This document shows, in pieces, positions 18,831 through 29,715 of a DNA stretch of 64,000 nt. The DNA is taken from assembly GCA_963745075.1 (NCBI GenBank), contig CAVUWV010000023.1:32001-96000 (forward strand). The letters run 5' to 3'. The translations under genes and the position numbers were made by a program. The notes beneath the pieces are model-generated. The model was given only the letters and a program-made list of their open reading frames with translations. It did no database searches and had not been told where the DNA came from. Every line of letters starts with the position of its first letter. The stretch's first letter is position 1. The stretch comes from Candidatus Hydrogenedentota bacterium. GTDB taxonomy: Bacteria; Hydrogenedentota; Hydrogenedentia; Hydrogenedentales; SLHB01.

Positions 18831-20778
18831 TTACTCCGCGTGGACCATCAAGTCTGCCACGAGTTTTGCGAACTGCCCGGGGTTGGGCGGCTGATTGCCT
18901 TCGGCGAGGGCGGCTTGACCGTAAAGCAATTGGGCGTAGTCACTTAGGCGACTATCCCGGAATCCGCCGTATAGATCGATTCCAGGCGCTCCAGGATCGG
19001 GTGATTTGGATTTAACTCCAGGATTCGCTTCGTCTTAGGCACATCCTGGTTGGCGGCGCGCATGAGCTGCTCCAACTGGGGGCTCATGTCGAACTGATCG
19101 CCAACCAGGCATGCGGCCGAGTTGGTCAGGCGCGTAGAAAGACGGACCTCTTTGACGTGTTCGTCGAGGTGTTGCTTGAGGCATTCGAGGAGGGACTTGT
19201 GCTCCTCCTCCTTGGACTTGAGGTCTTCTTCGGCTCTTCTTCCGTTCCTCTTCGCTCCCGAGCTCGACGGTGCCCTTACCGACGGATTGGAACTTCTTTC
19301 CGTCGAACTCGAACATGGACTGGGTCCAGAGTTCATCGACGTTGTCGGTCAGGATCAGGACTTCGTAGCCTTTGTCGCGAAACGCTTCCAGGTGGGGCGA
19401 GTTTTCGATGGCCGCGCGCGATTCGCCCGTCATGAAGTAGATGGCGTCCTGGTCCTCCTTCATGCGGTCCTTGTATTCGCGCAACGACGTGAGGGCGGAC
19501 GAATCGTCCGTCGACTCAAACAGCATGAGGTCGAGCAACGCGTCGCGGTTGTCGTTATCCTGGTACAAGCCCTTCCTTCAGAACCGGCCCGAATTCCTTC
19601 CAGAACGACAGGTACTTGTCCTTCTCCGTGTCGCGCATCTTCTTGAAGGAATCCAGCAGCTTGTTGATGACGCCTTTGCGAATGCGCTGGATCTGCCGGT
19701 TCTGCTGAAGGATTTCGCGGGAGATGTTCAGCGAAAGATCTTCGGAATCGACGACCCCCTTGACGAAGCGGAGGTATTCAGGCAGCAGTTCCGTGCAGTC
19801 GTCCATGATGAAGACGCGCTTCACGTAAAGTTGGATGCCGCGGCGGCCTTCCCGCATGTAAAGGTCGAACGGCGCGCGCGCCGGAAGGAAGAGGAGCATC
19901 TGGTATTCCAGCGTACCCTCGATCTTGGCGCGTATCGTCTCCAGCGGCGGCGTCCAATCGTGCGACACGTGCTTGTAGAATTCCGTGTACTCTTCCTCCG
20001 TGACCTCGTCCTTGTCGCGGAGCCAGATGGCCTTCATCGAGTTGAGGGTCTCGATTTCGACGACCGTTTCTTCCTTCGCGCCCTCAATGGGTTTTCCCTC
20101 GTCGTCGCGGGGGACCTCGGTGCGCGTGATCTCCATCTTGATGGGATAGGCCACGAAATCGCTGTATTTCTTGACGATTTCGCGGATCTTCCACTCCTGC
20201 GTGTAATCGTGGAGACCGTCCTCCGAGTCCGCTGGCTTGAGGTGCAGGGTAACGCTGGTGCCGGGTTCAGGGACATCGACTTCCTCAAGGGTATACGTGC
20301 CTTCCCCGGAGGACTCCCAGCGGACGCCGGCGGTCTCGCCCGCATGACGCGTGACGAGCGTGACCTTGTCGGCCACCATAAATGACGAATAGAAGCCCAC
20401 GCCAAACTGCCCAATCATCTCGGGCGAGTGCGCTTCCTTGGCCTGTTTCAACGCGGCCATGAACTCGCGGGTACCGGATTTGGCGATGGTGCCGATGAGA
20501 TCGATGACGTCCTGACGCGTCATCCCGATCCCGGTGTCGCGAACGGTCAAGGTGTGCGCGTCCGAATCGGCCTCGATAAAGATGTGGAGGTCGGTGCCTT
20601 CCGGCATGAGATGGGGCTCGGTCAGGGATTGAAACCGGCGCCGGTCGAGGGCGTCGGAACTGTTGGAGATCAGTTCCCGCAGGAAAATGTCCTTGTTCGA
20701 ATAAATCGAGTGGACCATAAGGTCCAGGAGTTGGCGTGCTTCCGCCTGAAACTCGAAAGTCTCGGCCGTGGTGCTCAT
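18831..20778 (-). CDS. htpG: Molecular chaperone HtpG (Hsp90), three apparent frameshifts (~19570, ~19238, ~18957)
   Basis: FQAE, IYSNKDIFLRELISN.SDA, IGQFGVGFYS, DSEDL.LN.SRE.LQ, ILELNP.HP. The last segment LSDYAQLLYGQAALAEG...HAE* was translated manually. Confidence 0.95.
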
Positions 20779-20872
20779 CTGTCTTCTCCTTCTGTTCGCA
20801 TTGCAAAAAACGACATTGGCAGCAGTTCACCGGGCAGACCCAGGGCCGCTTGTAGTTTGTGTTGAGCCCCGT

Positions 20873-20901
20873 ATTCTACCGAACGACGACGGCGATGTGA
20901 A
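20873..20901 (-). promoter_or_regulatory. Putative sigma70 promoter of htpG
   Basis: TTCACA-N17-TAGAAT on the minus strand. Confidence 0.5.
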
Positions 20902-21007
20902 GATCCTCGTGGCCAGCGTTTGGGACGACCGCTCCGAGTATCCCTACAAAAACACAGGTGTGAGGGATGGCGATCCGTCTACCTCCGGCGACAAGTTGTC
21001 GTATGGG

Positions 21008-21141
21008 CACACTGGGAGCGCCAGGCACCAGCCTGGCGAAGCTTCGGAGAGGGTCCATCAAGTTGCACAATTGCAGTGCGTGCGTCGCAGTTGGTGGACG
21101 CTCCGAATCCCGCCAGGCTGGTGCCTGGCGCTCCCAGTGTG
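21008..21141. repeat. REP doublet / REPIN with a 31-bp perfect inverted repeat
   Basis: CACACTGGGAGCGCCAGGCACCAGCCTGGCG (21008-21038) and its exact reverse complement (21111-21141). The spacer is also partly self-complementary. Confidence 0.88.
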
Positions 21142-21297
21142 GCGCGTTTCTCCCCCTTTGTATTGGTTCAAAGGCAGATCTGACCGCGGGCGTCAATTTT
21201 GTCAACCTTTGCACGGGCACCCGCGTTGCGGGCATAAGGATCGCTGTGTCCCGCGGGCGCGTGTTATAGTAGGTGTTTTCCGACGAGGAACCGCTCG

Positions 21298-22180
21298 ATG
21301 TTTCGTAATCATCGTCATATTGTGTGGGCTGTAGTGGCTGGTCTCGCCCTGTTCGGGTGTGAACGGCCGGCGGGGATTACGTCGTCCGACACCGCGCTCG
21401 CCGCGACGAAAGATCCCGCGCGGCCGGCGACACCGGAACCGCAGAAGGCCGAAGACCCCATCAAAGACTTGAACAGCAAGTTGGAGTCGATGGGGGCACA
21501 AGTCGTCGAGACACCCAAGGACAACCCGGGCGAAACGAAGGTCCGCGACCTCGAAACGTTGTCCAGGGAAGTGGACGAGTTGCAGGCGGAAGTCAAACGA
21601 TTGCAGGAGACGGTGGACCTGACGAATCTCGTACGTCGTGGGCGATTTGCAGGAAGAGAACCGGCGGCTTCGTGAAGAGGTGGCCCGTGCGTACGGTGTG
21701 ACGCCGGAATCGTCGGAAGACGGCCGTGACGTGGTAGTGCTGGGTTCGGGCGAGGCGGGGGGCATGCAAGACACGCCGGATATGCAAGACGGAAACACTC
21801 CGGAGCCCGGCCCGGGTGTGGAAGATGCGGATTACGGGGAACAGGGGTATATCTCCGTGAAGGAGTGGGGACGGTCGCCGGAGGAAGTAGCGTCGCTGGG
21901 GGCCAATGTGCCGTCGCTGAAAGGAATGATTTGCGCCGTACCGCATCGTATGGACGACGCGGAACTCTCCGATTTGGGGCGACAGTTGCGCGACAAATTC
22001 GACAACTACGACAACATCGTCATCGAAGTCTTCAACGATGAGGCGGCCGCGCGGGCCTACGCCGACAGGAACGTACGCTCGACGGTGACAAACGTGTTGA
22101 GCATTCAAAAGGACGGAGAAACCGGGAAAGACTATATTCTGCTTCATCGCAACGGGGTGTCCATCGACGTCCCCCGCTGA
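21298..22180 (+). CDS. Hypothetical lipoprotein with coiled coil, apparent frameshift at ~21632
   Basis: Lipobox LFGC. The coiled coil in ORF 21298..21675 continues in ORF 21638..22180 (VGDLQEENRRLREEV). Confidence 0.7.
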
Positions 22181-22307
22181 CGGGGGCGTCTGGAAATCTA
22201 CTTCCCGTATTCCTTTTCTCTTTCACATCCTGCGCGCGTGTACGGCGCCCCAATTGTCGAGTACGAGAGCGAGTACGAGAGAAAAGCCGCGACAGGATTT
22301 TTTCTTG

Positions 22308-22832
22308 CTATTCCTCTTCGAGGGTGTAGATCGCGGGGAGATGGCGGTACCGTTCGTCGTGATCCAGTCCGTAGCCGACGACGAAGTGGTCGTCGATGGT
22401 GATCCCCACGTACTGTGCATCGACCGACACGATGCGCCTGGCGGGTTTATCCAGGAAAACGCAGAGTTCCAGCGACTTCGGGTTGTGCTCGTTCAGGATC
22501 GCGAGGATAGCAGCCGTGGTGCGGCCGGTATCCAGGATGTCTTCGATCACGATGAGGGATTTGCCCCGCAACGGCTGTTCCGGAAGAACGGGCAGGAGCA
22601 CGTCGCCCCCGGAATTGGTGCCCGTGTAACTTTTCGCGCGGATGTATTCGACGGAGAGGGGCAGGTCGATCTGGCGCATGAGATCGGCAGCGAAGAGGGT
22701 GCCGCCTTTGAGCACCACCACGAGGACCAGGTCTTCGCAACCGCGATGTCGGTCGGAAACTTCGCGCGCAAGCCGCGCGACGGTGTCGCGGATTTCCGAT
22801 TCCGCAATCAGCGGTGCGTCACTCAGCCGCAT
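22308..22832 (-). CDS. hpt: Hypoxanthine phosphoribosyltransferase
   Basis: VLKGG..F.ADL, IEDILDTG.T, FVVGYGLD...YR.LP. Follows tilS, the classic gene pair. Confidence 0.95.
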   Translation of the reverse strand: MRLSDAPLIAESEIRDTVARLAREVSDRHRGCEDLVLVVVLKGGTLFAADLMRQIDLPLSVEYIRAKSYTGTNSGGDVLLPVLPEQPLRGKSLIVIEDILDTGRTTAAILAILNEHNPKSLELCVFLDKPARRIVSVDAQYVGITIDDHFVVGYGLDHDERYRHLPAIYTLEEE

Positions 22833-24219
22833 CCAGAACCTCCACCTCGATCAATCGTGCCGTATGTTGGGTCACGGCAAACTCCGCGCTCATGGCGTAC
22901 CCCACCACCCAGGCGATCCGGCCGCCGCTCATGAGCAGTGGAACCCGGTCTCGATCCGAGACCGGCAGGCCGGCATCCACAAAGTAATCTTTTACCTTCT
23001 TGGTCCCCCCCATGCCAAGGGGAATGAACCGGTCGCCGGGGCGCCGGAGCCGCACGGTCAGCGCCGCGCCCAGGACGTTGGCGTCGAAGACCTGGCGCGA
23101 CGGGGTGCAGTATTGGGTGAGGGGAACCGCGGGGGTCATCTCCAGGAACCGCACACGAAAGGTGAGGCCGAAGGCCGTCGTTTCGCCTGGACACGCGAGG
23201 CCGATTTCGCGATCGTCTCGCGCCGCTTCGCCGCGTATGACGTTGGTCAAGTCACGGGCGTTGCGCAGCAACACGCCCCCGCCGAGATCGAAGCAGCGGC
23301 CCGCGGGTCCATCGGCAATGAAGGCCCGGGCCCCTTCCACCCGATCGTACGGACACTCGACGCCGTACCGCCACCCGATGGCCACGACAGCGCGGCGCTG
23401 ACAGGCCACCATGCCGCGGGCGAAAACATCCCGTTTGATCCGGCCCGCGGTGAAACAGCGCTCGAGAAATTCCACCACCGTGTCGTCCAGCAGTTCATTC
23501 TCCGCGCGCTGTACATCGGCGAGCCGCACCAGCGCTTCGGGCAGGCGTGGATTATACTCGGCGGTAAGCATCGGCAGGAGGTCATGACGGAGGCGATTAC
23601 GAAGGAACCGCGTGTCCGTATTGGAGTGGTCGATACGATAGGCTACTTGCCGTTGGTCGAGGTAAGCGACGATCGCCTTGCGCGTGCAGTCCAACAAAGG
23701 ACGAATGATGCGCACGTTGCCGGCCATGCGCAGGGGCGGAATCCCGGACAAGCCGCCCGGCGCCGCGCCGCGCAATACACGCATCAACACGGTCTCCGCC
23801 TGATCGTCGGCGTGATGGCCCGTAGCGATTGCGTCGCATCCGATTGCTTCCGCCGTGTCCGCGAGATAGGCGTATCGAACCTTCCGGGCGTACTCTTCGA
23901 AGGACAGCGGCGACGCTTCGGCCTCCGCTTCGACGGCGCGGCTTTCCGCGTGCAAGGGCACGCCCAGGCCGTCGCACAACGCCGTGACGAATGCGGCGTC
24001 GGCGGCGCTGGCGCCTTCCCGCGTTTGATGATCGAGGTGCGCCGCTTCGACCGTGTACCCGAGTTCTTTCAGCACGTGCAACAGACACACGGAATCGGGA
24101 CCGCCGGAAACGGCGACGAGGATCTTCTCCCCCGTCTCGACCATGCGGTGGGCGCGAAGCGTTCGTTGCACTCGTTCCAGTAGAGGATGTGCCACAGGTT
24201 TTCTCGCGGGCCGTTGCAA
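22819..24219 (-). CDS. tilS: tRNA(Ile)-lysidine synthase
   Basis: AVSGGPDS, GHHADDQAETVL, IRPLL, D.SN....RN.LR, C-terminal GDRF.P.G...K.K. Start uncertain. Confidence 0.95.
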   Translation of the reverse strand: MQRPARKPVAHPLLERVQRTLRAHRMVETGEKILVAVSGGPDSVCLLHVLKELGYTVEAAHLDHQTREGASAADAAFVTALCDGLGVPLHAESRAVEAEAEASPLSFEEYARKVRYAYLADTAEAIGCDAIATGHHADDQAETVLMRVLRGAAPGGLSGIPPLRMAGNVRIIRPLLDCTRKAIVAYLDQRQVAYRIDHSNTDTRFLRNRLRHDLLPMLTAEYNPRLPEALVRLADVQRAENELLDDTVVEFLERCFTAGRIKRDVFARGMVACQRRAVVAIGWRYGVECPYDRVEGARAFIADGPAGRCFDLGGGVLLRNARDLTNVIRGEAARDDREIGLACPGETTAFGLTFRVRFLEMTPAVPLTQYCTPSRQVFDANVLGAALTVRLRRPGDRFIPLGMGGTKKVKDYFVDAGLPVSDRDRVPLLMSGGRIAWVVGYAMSAEFAVTQHTARLIEVEVLDAAE

Positions 24220-24225
24220 GTGCGG

Positions 24226-25149
24226 TCAGGGCGCGCCGGTGTCGCGGCTGAATCGCTGCTGCAGAATGCGCCAGACCGCACAGGACTGGCCCAAATTCTC
24301 ACGGGGGTCGCCCGGGACTTGGTAACTCTGCAATCCAACCGGACCGCGGTATCCCCGATCGCGAAAGGCCTTGAGCACCGTGTAGTACTCGTCGATATCT
24401 TCTCGTTCCAAGGGTCCGATATCGTGGGGACCCACGTCGCCGTTAATCGACATGACGAGCATGCGTGGCGCGAGGGCTTTCGCGACTTCTTCGATGGGGC
24501 GCTTGCGATCCCCGAGCGCTTTCCAGTGGAACAGGTTGAACGAGGTTCCGAAGTTGGGCCGGTTCACCTTGTCCGCGAGGCGCACGGTGTCTTCCGGAGA
24601 CTCGACCCACAAACCAATGTGCGGATACGGGGCGACCTTGACGCCGTAAGGCGCGGCCATGTCGGCGATTTCCTGGAAGATTGGCACGGCGTATTCGTCG
24701 CCGGCCGGATCGGAGGGCTTGAATCGTTTGCTCTGCGTGTTGCACCAAAGCACGGTGCCGCGATCCTTCAGCAAGGGAAGGGCGTCCACGAGTCCCGGAT
24801 TATACGGCACTTCGCCGGGGTCGATGTGCACGGCGAAGTAAATGGTGAAGAGCTTAAGATGATGTGCGTCGAGCGCTTTCAAAGCGGGTTCGAGATCGGT
24901 GAGTTCGCGGTTGTCGAAACCATCGAGCCCAACATTGACCAGGATCTTGACCTGTTCCTCGACCGATTTCGGTCCGTCGATCTCCATGCTGTTCTTGAAT
25001 GCGAAGAGGGGGTTGTCAAGCCGGTCAGCCATTGCCGCGGACGTGCCGAACCACACGCCCAGCACGCAGACGCAAGCCAGCACGTGTGAAGGGGATCGCC
25101 GCTGGGGTGTCCGGTTCGCGGAACTTCGGATGGTAGGTTTCGAGATCAT
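24226..25149 (-). CDS. Sugar phosphate isomerase/epimerase (xylose isomerase-like TIM barrel), exported
   Basis: YPH..., FNL.HW, SING, GY.GP.GLQ.Y. Signal-like segment. Confidence 0.75.
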   Translation of the reverse strand: MISKPTIRSSANRTPQRRSPSHVLACVCVLGVWFGTSAAMADRLDNPLFAFKNSMEIDGPKSVEEQVKILVNVGLDGFDNRELTDLEPALKALDAHHLKLFTIYFAVHIDPGEVPYNPGLVDALPLLKDRGTVLWCNTQSKRFKPSDPAGDEYAVPIFQEIADMAAPYGVKVAPYPHIGLWVESPEDTVRLADKVNRPNFGTSFNLFHWKALGDRKRPIEEVAKALAPRMLVMSINGDVGPHDIGPLEREDIDEYYTVLKAFRDRGYRGPVGLQSYQVPGDPRENLGQSCAVWRILQQRFSRDTGAP

Positions 25150-25393
25150 GGCGCCGTCCTGGCCTTTCCGTTGTGCGGTTCCACCCGCACCGTCCCATGG
25201 CAACCCAGGTTCATAAGTACGTCCATTGTGGGCATGCAGAATCGCATATGTCCACGTCGATTTCCATCGTTCCCGGAATCTTCTTGGTGAGATGGGGTAT
25301 TATATGGGCCAAATCACGACATTTCCTGGCCGGTTATCTTCCGGTCGTCACGGTTTCGGACCGGAAATCCCTTCAAAACTATGGAAAGGCACC

Positions 25394-26587
25394 ATGCGCA
25401 TTAGAAGACATCTTCACGTACTCGGAATCGTCATTCTCTTGGCCACGATCCACATGGCAGCCGTCGCGGACACGGTTTACCTGCACAACGGCGACCGCAT
25501 ATCGGGGACCGTGACCGGCATTTCCGACGAGACCGTGCGCATCACCACGGATTACGCGGGCGACGTGGAGGTGCAGCGCACGGCAATTCTGGCGCTGGAC
25601 ACCGAGCGCAGTTTCACCGTGCAGCGCGACAACGGCACGACGGTTACGGGCCCGCTCACGCTGGAAGACGGCACGCCCGGTGTGCGGACGGGTTCGGGGT
25701 TCGTCCCGGCACCGATAGCCGGTCTCGTAAGTGCGGTTGAGCCTGCACCTGCCAATCCGGAAGGAACCCCCTCCTTGTGGTCCGGGTTCGTCGAGTCGGG
25801 CCTGACCCTCCGTTCGGGCAATACGGACACGACGGATTTTTTGTTCAAATCCAGCGCTACCCGCGACGGCGAGTGGACCGAACTCACGTTGACCCTTTCC
25901 GCGGACTACGGGGAAGCCGAGTCAATCATCAACACCCGGCGCTACAAGGGGGAGGCGAAGTGGAAGGGCTATCTGACGGACCGGTTCTATCTGCTGGGTG
26001 TGGCTTCGGCAGAACACGATGACGGACGCAAGCTCGATCTGCGCGGGACCGCGGGCGCGGGCGCGGGGTACGCGTTCATCGACAATGAAAAGCGGCATCT
26101 CAGTCTCGAGGCAGGGCTGGAGTACGCGTGGGAACGGTGGAACCCCCTCACGCCTCAGGAGCGGGACGAAACGCGCAACGCGATCCGCACGAGCGCCATC
26201 GAACGGCTTTCCTCGTTGACGGCTCAGATCAATGGGGACATCAACCTGTCGGACGTACGAAACTTGCGGCTCATCTTCAAGGACATCCGCGATCCGTTGC
26301 GCGGGTTTGAAAGCCGCGAGGAAGATTATCTCAGCGCACGGATCACCGGCGAATTCACGCAGCAGTTGTTCAAAGACAGCAGCCTATCGGACAAGTTGGT
26401 CGTGCTGCCGAATCTGAATAATTTTGGCGAGTTCCGGCTGACCAACGAACTCGCGTTTATGACGCCGTTGACGAAGGCGCTCAACCTCCGCGTGAGCCTT
26501 GAGAGCGAATACGACAGCCTGGCGGGTGAAAGCAATGTCGAAGACTGGAACCACACGCTGAAAACGGGCCTGCGCTACGAGTTTTGA
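25394..26587 (+). CDS. DUF481 (YdiY-like) outer-membrane beta-barrel protein
   Basis: D...L.NGDRISG N-terminal domain, SGNT.T, amphipathic strands, C-terminal Y.F. Confidence 0.85.
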   Translation: MRIRRHLHVLGIVILLATIHMAAVADTVYLHNGDRISGTVTGISDETVRITTDYAGDVEVQRTAILALDTERSFTVQRDNGTTVTGPLTLEDGTPGVRTGSGFVPAPIAGLVSAVEPAPANPEGTPSLWSGFVESGLTLRSGNTDTTDFLFKSSATRDGEWTELTLTLSADYGEAESIINTRRYKGEAKWKGYLTDRFYLLGVASAEHDDGRKLDLRGTAGAGAGYAFIDNEKRHLSLEAGLEYAWERWNPLTPQERDETRNAIRTSAIERLSSLTAQINGDINLSDVRNLRLIFKDIRDPLRGFESREEDYLSARITGEFTQQLFKDSSLSDKLVVLPNLNNFGEFRLTNELAFMTPLTKALNLRVSLESEYDSLAGESNVEDWNHTLKTGLRYEF

Positions 26588-26644
26588 CGGAGACTCCACT
26601 GCGAACCGGCGGTGAGGAATTCCCTTTGGTAGAGGATCGCTCGT

Positions 26645-27238
26645 CTACCGAATCCACTGCAAGCCGCGGAGCCCTCCGCGATTCAACCGGGACGCCGTGA
26701 AGGGGCTGTCATCGGGGTAGCAGCGGTGGATGGCGCCGATCAGCGACTCCGCCGTGCACAGCATAGGCTTAACGCTGAGTCCGGTGATGTGGCAGAGATC
26801 CGCAATCGTGGTTTCATCCAGCGGGCAAACCATGCCCACGGTCAGCAAATGGCCCAGCTTGTCGATGGGGCACACTTGTCGATCGTACGCGAAATCCCGT
26901 GGAATCAGCCCCGCAAGTTCTTCGGACACGCGATAGTGGGTGAGGTCAATGCTGGTCATGCCGGGCTGCCGCGCCACGAAGGAAACAAAGGAATGGGAGG
27001 TGAGGTGTCCCAGGGCAATGAGCTGGTTGACGATGCGGCCGCCGTTGCCCGCCTGCAATGCCAGCGCTTGATTCAGTTGCTGGCTGGTGATGAGGCCTTC
27101 GGTAATCAGTAATTGCCCGATCGGCCGGCGCCTAGTACCGGACGGGACACCTGCGTGCATGGGTACCGCTCGTTGCGGCGCCGTGCCCGCACCACTGTTT
27201 CGGCTTTCCAACTCACTCACCTCCCTGCCCACCTGCAC
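26645..27238 (-). CDS. Stand-alone MshEN / GspE-PilB N-terminal domain protein (paralogue 2)
   Basis: IGQLLITEGLITSQQLNQALALQ...RIV..L...G, P.D.LG..LTVGM..PLD, TGL.VKP. No ATPase domain. Start uncertain. Confidence 0.8.
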   Translation of the reverse strand: MQVGREVSELESRNSGAGTAPQRAVPMHAGVPSGTRRRPIGQLLITEGLITSQQLNQALALQAGNGGRIVNQLIALGHLTSHSFVSFVARQPGMTSIDLTHYRVSEELAGLIPRDFAYDRQVCPIDKLGHLLTVGMVCPLDETTIADLCHITGLSVKPMLCTAESLIGAIHRCYPDDSPFTASRLNRGGLRGLQWIR

Positions 27239-27289
27239 CTCGGCGGACCAGTGTCGCTCCGCTCCCCCAGAGCAACTTGAATTCCGGGC

Positions 27290-27841
27290 CTACCGCGCCC
27301 ACTGCAACCGGTACAGCTCCTTGCGGCCCGGAATCGGAATTGCAAATTCGTCGTCCCATCCGTAGTGCCGCGCGATGGCGGCCTTAATGCACTCGGGGGA
27401 GCACAACATCGGTTTGACCCGCAGTCCCGTAAGATTCTGCAACTCGTCGACTGTTCCTCTGTCCAAGGGACAGGCCATACCGACCGTGAGCAATTTCCCC
27501 AGCCGGTCTATAGGAAACACCTGGTGGGACGCCGCAAAGTCCTGCGGAACCAACGAAAGGAGTTCTTTTCGTACGCGGCAGTTTGCGAGGACGATGCTGG
27601 AGACTCCCGGCTGGCGCGCGAGAAAGGTCAGAAATGCGTGGGCGCTGATGTAGCCGAGCAGGATAAGTTTTTCGACGATTCGGCCGCCTTGGCCCCGCTG
27701 AAGTTCCAGTGCTTCAAGGAGTTGGCGTTCCGTGATGAGCCCGTCCAGCACCAACAACTCCCCAATCAACTTGCGCCGCGGTTGCGGCTTGTCTTCTGTC
27801 CGCCGCGATGCTGCTACGGGGAATTGTGCCCTGTCTTTCAT
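27290..27841 (-). CDS. Stand-alone MshEN / GspE-PilB N-terminal domain protein (paralogue 1)
   Basis: IGELLVLDGLITERQLLEALELQ...RIVEKLILLGYI, FPIDRLGKLLTVGMACPLD. No ATPase domain. Confidence 0.82.
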   Translation of the reverse strand: MKDRAQFPVAASRRTEDKPQPRRKLIGELLVLDGLITERQLLEALELQRGQGGRIVEKLILLGYISAHAFLTFLARQPGVSSIVLANCRVRKELLSLVPQDFAASHQVFPIDRLGKLLTVGMACPLDRGTVDELQNLTGLRVKPMLCSPECIKAAIARHYGWDDEFAIPIPGRKELYRLQWAR

Positions 27842-28353
27842 CACCAGACTCTCCCGTTCTACCGACCGAACCCCGCCGAATCCTTCACAAATCCACCAGT
27901 TTACTTGGTCTGTAAAGGGCAAGATTCGGGCCAAGTTTTGGGCGTGGTTGGTTCCGACCCCTTAAGTGGCATTTCAAAAGGGACTTATGAGGGGAGCGCG
28001 TACCCTCGACCGTAGCCTGGGCGAGGTCGGTAGCGGCTTGATTGGGTCTCGGTAGCATTTGTGTTATTCACATATGATAAATTACTAATCAATGTTGAAT
28101 ATCTATTTGCCAGTACATCAGCGGGTTGGCCCACATCCCAACGTGGGTCCCATGCGATTGGGTTGAAGTAGGAGCAAGGCCACGAGTGTTTGCGAGAGGC
28201 GTTTGACTCGGGCGGGCATACCAACGGAATCGGCAGATGATACTTCCGTATTATTTTAGCATACTTATATGTTCCAACGTGCTATGCTCTATCTGCCGAA
28301 ATCCGGTTTTCGGCACGGTGCATGGGGGCATGCCGAAGCAGGAGTATCTACCG

Positions 28354-29700
28354 ATGAAATCCTTCCATCGATCACGTGGACTATGTCTGGTCCTCGCCGT
28401 GGGGACAATCGCGGGCCTACTCGGGGTGGGTTGTCCTCGTCCGGAGGAAGACCGCGCGCTGGAACTCGACTTGGTTGTGGCGGACGCGGGGCTCGCGCCG
28501 GACTTGAAGAACGACGTGGATTCGCCGTTCAACTATGCGCGAATCCTGGTCTATCAAGATGTTCTTCGCGAAGACAGCCAACAGGAACCGGATCTGGTGC
28601 TGAGCGGGGAAACTATCCCCGAACTTCAGCACCCGGTCAGCATCGTCGTCGACTTCGGTGCACTTTACGTGTGTGACGATGTCTACGGCGCCGTCTTGTG
28701 CTGGCAGAACCTTCTCCGCTATGTCCACGGGCACGAAGACAATCTATCGCCCGACATTGTCTTCGATGGGAACGGCGCAGTTGGAGAACCCGTGGACGTC
28801 GTGTCGGACTTTCGGGCGCTTTATGTGGCCGACTTGTCCCCGCAGAATACGAAAGAATGCTGCGGCGCGGTGCACATCTTCGTGGATGCGTTCTATCTTC
28901 ACGCGGACCAAGCGCCCGACTACACGCTCACGGACCCATCGATACCGGTCAACCTTGCCCTCGGCGATGACCGGCTCTATGTGGCGGACGCGGGGTTGAG
29001 CCGCGTTCTGGTCTATGACGTGTCGGGCATCCCGTATACAGACAAGGCGATTACTCCCGATTTCGTCGAATTGAGTGGACCCTCCTGGCGGGGGCTGGAC
29101 TCCCAGGCCCCCATCACCCCAACCGGGGTGGCGGTCTTCGACAACCGATTGTACGTAACCACATTGTCGAATATTCTTTTCACCTTCAGCCCGGCGGACA
29201 GTCTGCAGGATTACCAGGAGCCGGACGCCGTTATCGCGGAAACGAGCGGTGCGTTGGACGCACCGATGGCGATGGCCCAGGTGGGCGACCGGTTGTTTGT
29301 AGGCAATCAGAATATCCCGCCACTGATCGTAGGGAGGACGATTGGTGATGCGAAGGCCAACACGGTGGGCATGGTGGGATTCGACGTTTCGCAGGGTCTG
29401 GTCGATGGGCAACAACCGTCGATCGTGTTCGACACGTCAAACGCCCAAATCCCGGCCGTTCGCGAACTCTTTTCGACGTACGACGTGCTGGTCAGTGCCA
29501 CGTCCGCTCCCGTGGACACCATCGTGCGCCTCCCGCTTGTGGACCCGCGTTATCCCGTGGGCGACGTTCACATCCTTCGGCATGCGGACAAACTGCATTC
29601 CGGAAGACCCGGCGATCTGGTGCTGCCCGCCCTTAAAGATTTTGTCGGTCCGTTGAGCATCGACGGCACATATTTTATCGAAGGGGCCTCGGCAAACTGA
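28354..29700 (+). CDS. Hypothetical lipoprotein with NHL-like beta-propeller repeats
   Basis: Lipobox GVGC. Repeated P......LYV.D and PD..L units. Confidence 0.72.
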   Translation: MKSFHRSRGLCLVLAVGTIAGLLGVGCPRPEEDRALELDLVVADAGLAPDLKNDVDSPFNYARILVYQDVLREDSQQEPDLVLSGETIPELQHPVSIVVDFGALYVCDDVYGAVLCWQNLLRYVHGHEDNLSPDIVFDGNGAVGEPVDVVSDFRALYVADLSPQNTKECCGAVHIFVDAFYLHADQAPDYTLTDPSIPVNLALGDDRLYVADAGLSRVLVYDVSGIPYTDKAITPDFVELSGPSWRGLDSQAPITPTGVAVFDNRLYVTTLSNILFTFSPADSLQDYQEPDAVIAETSGALDAPMAMAQVGDRLFVGNQNIPPLIVGRTIGDAKANTVGMVGFDVSQGLVDGQQPSIVFDTSNAQIPAVRELFSTYDVLVSATSAPVDTIVRLPLVDPRYPVGDVHILRHADKLHSGRPGDLVLPALKDFVGPLSIDGTYFIEGASAN

Positions 29701-29715
29701 TTTGGCCGGACCAAC

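Noticed and set aside
18831..20778. Programmed frameshifting or true pseudogenisation of htpG
   Set aside because: Three unrelated indels with no slippery-site pattern, no nonsense codons, and an intact promoter and terminator; assembly error is simpler.
20810..20850. Possible CIRCE element upstream of htpG
   Set aside because: Only a weak half-site (TTGGCAG); the second arm does not match.
27850..28350. AT-rich divergent intergenic region as ncRNA or sigma54 promoter
   Set aside because: No TGGCAC-N5-TTGC and no clear structure; consistent with ordinary promoter DNA.
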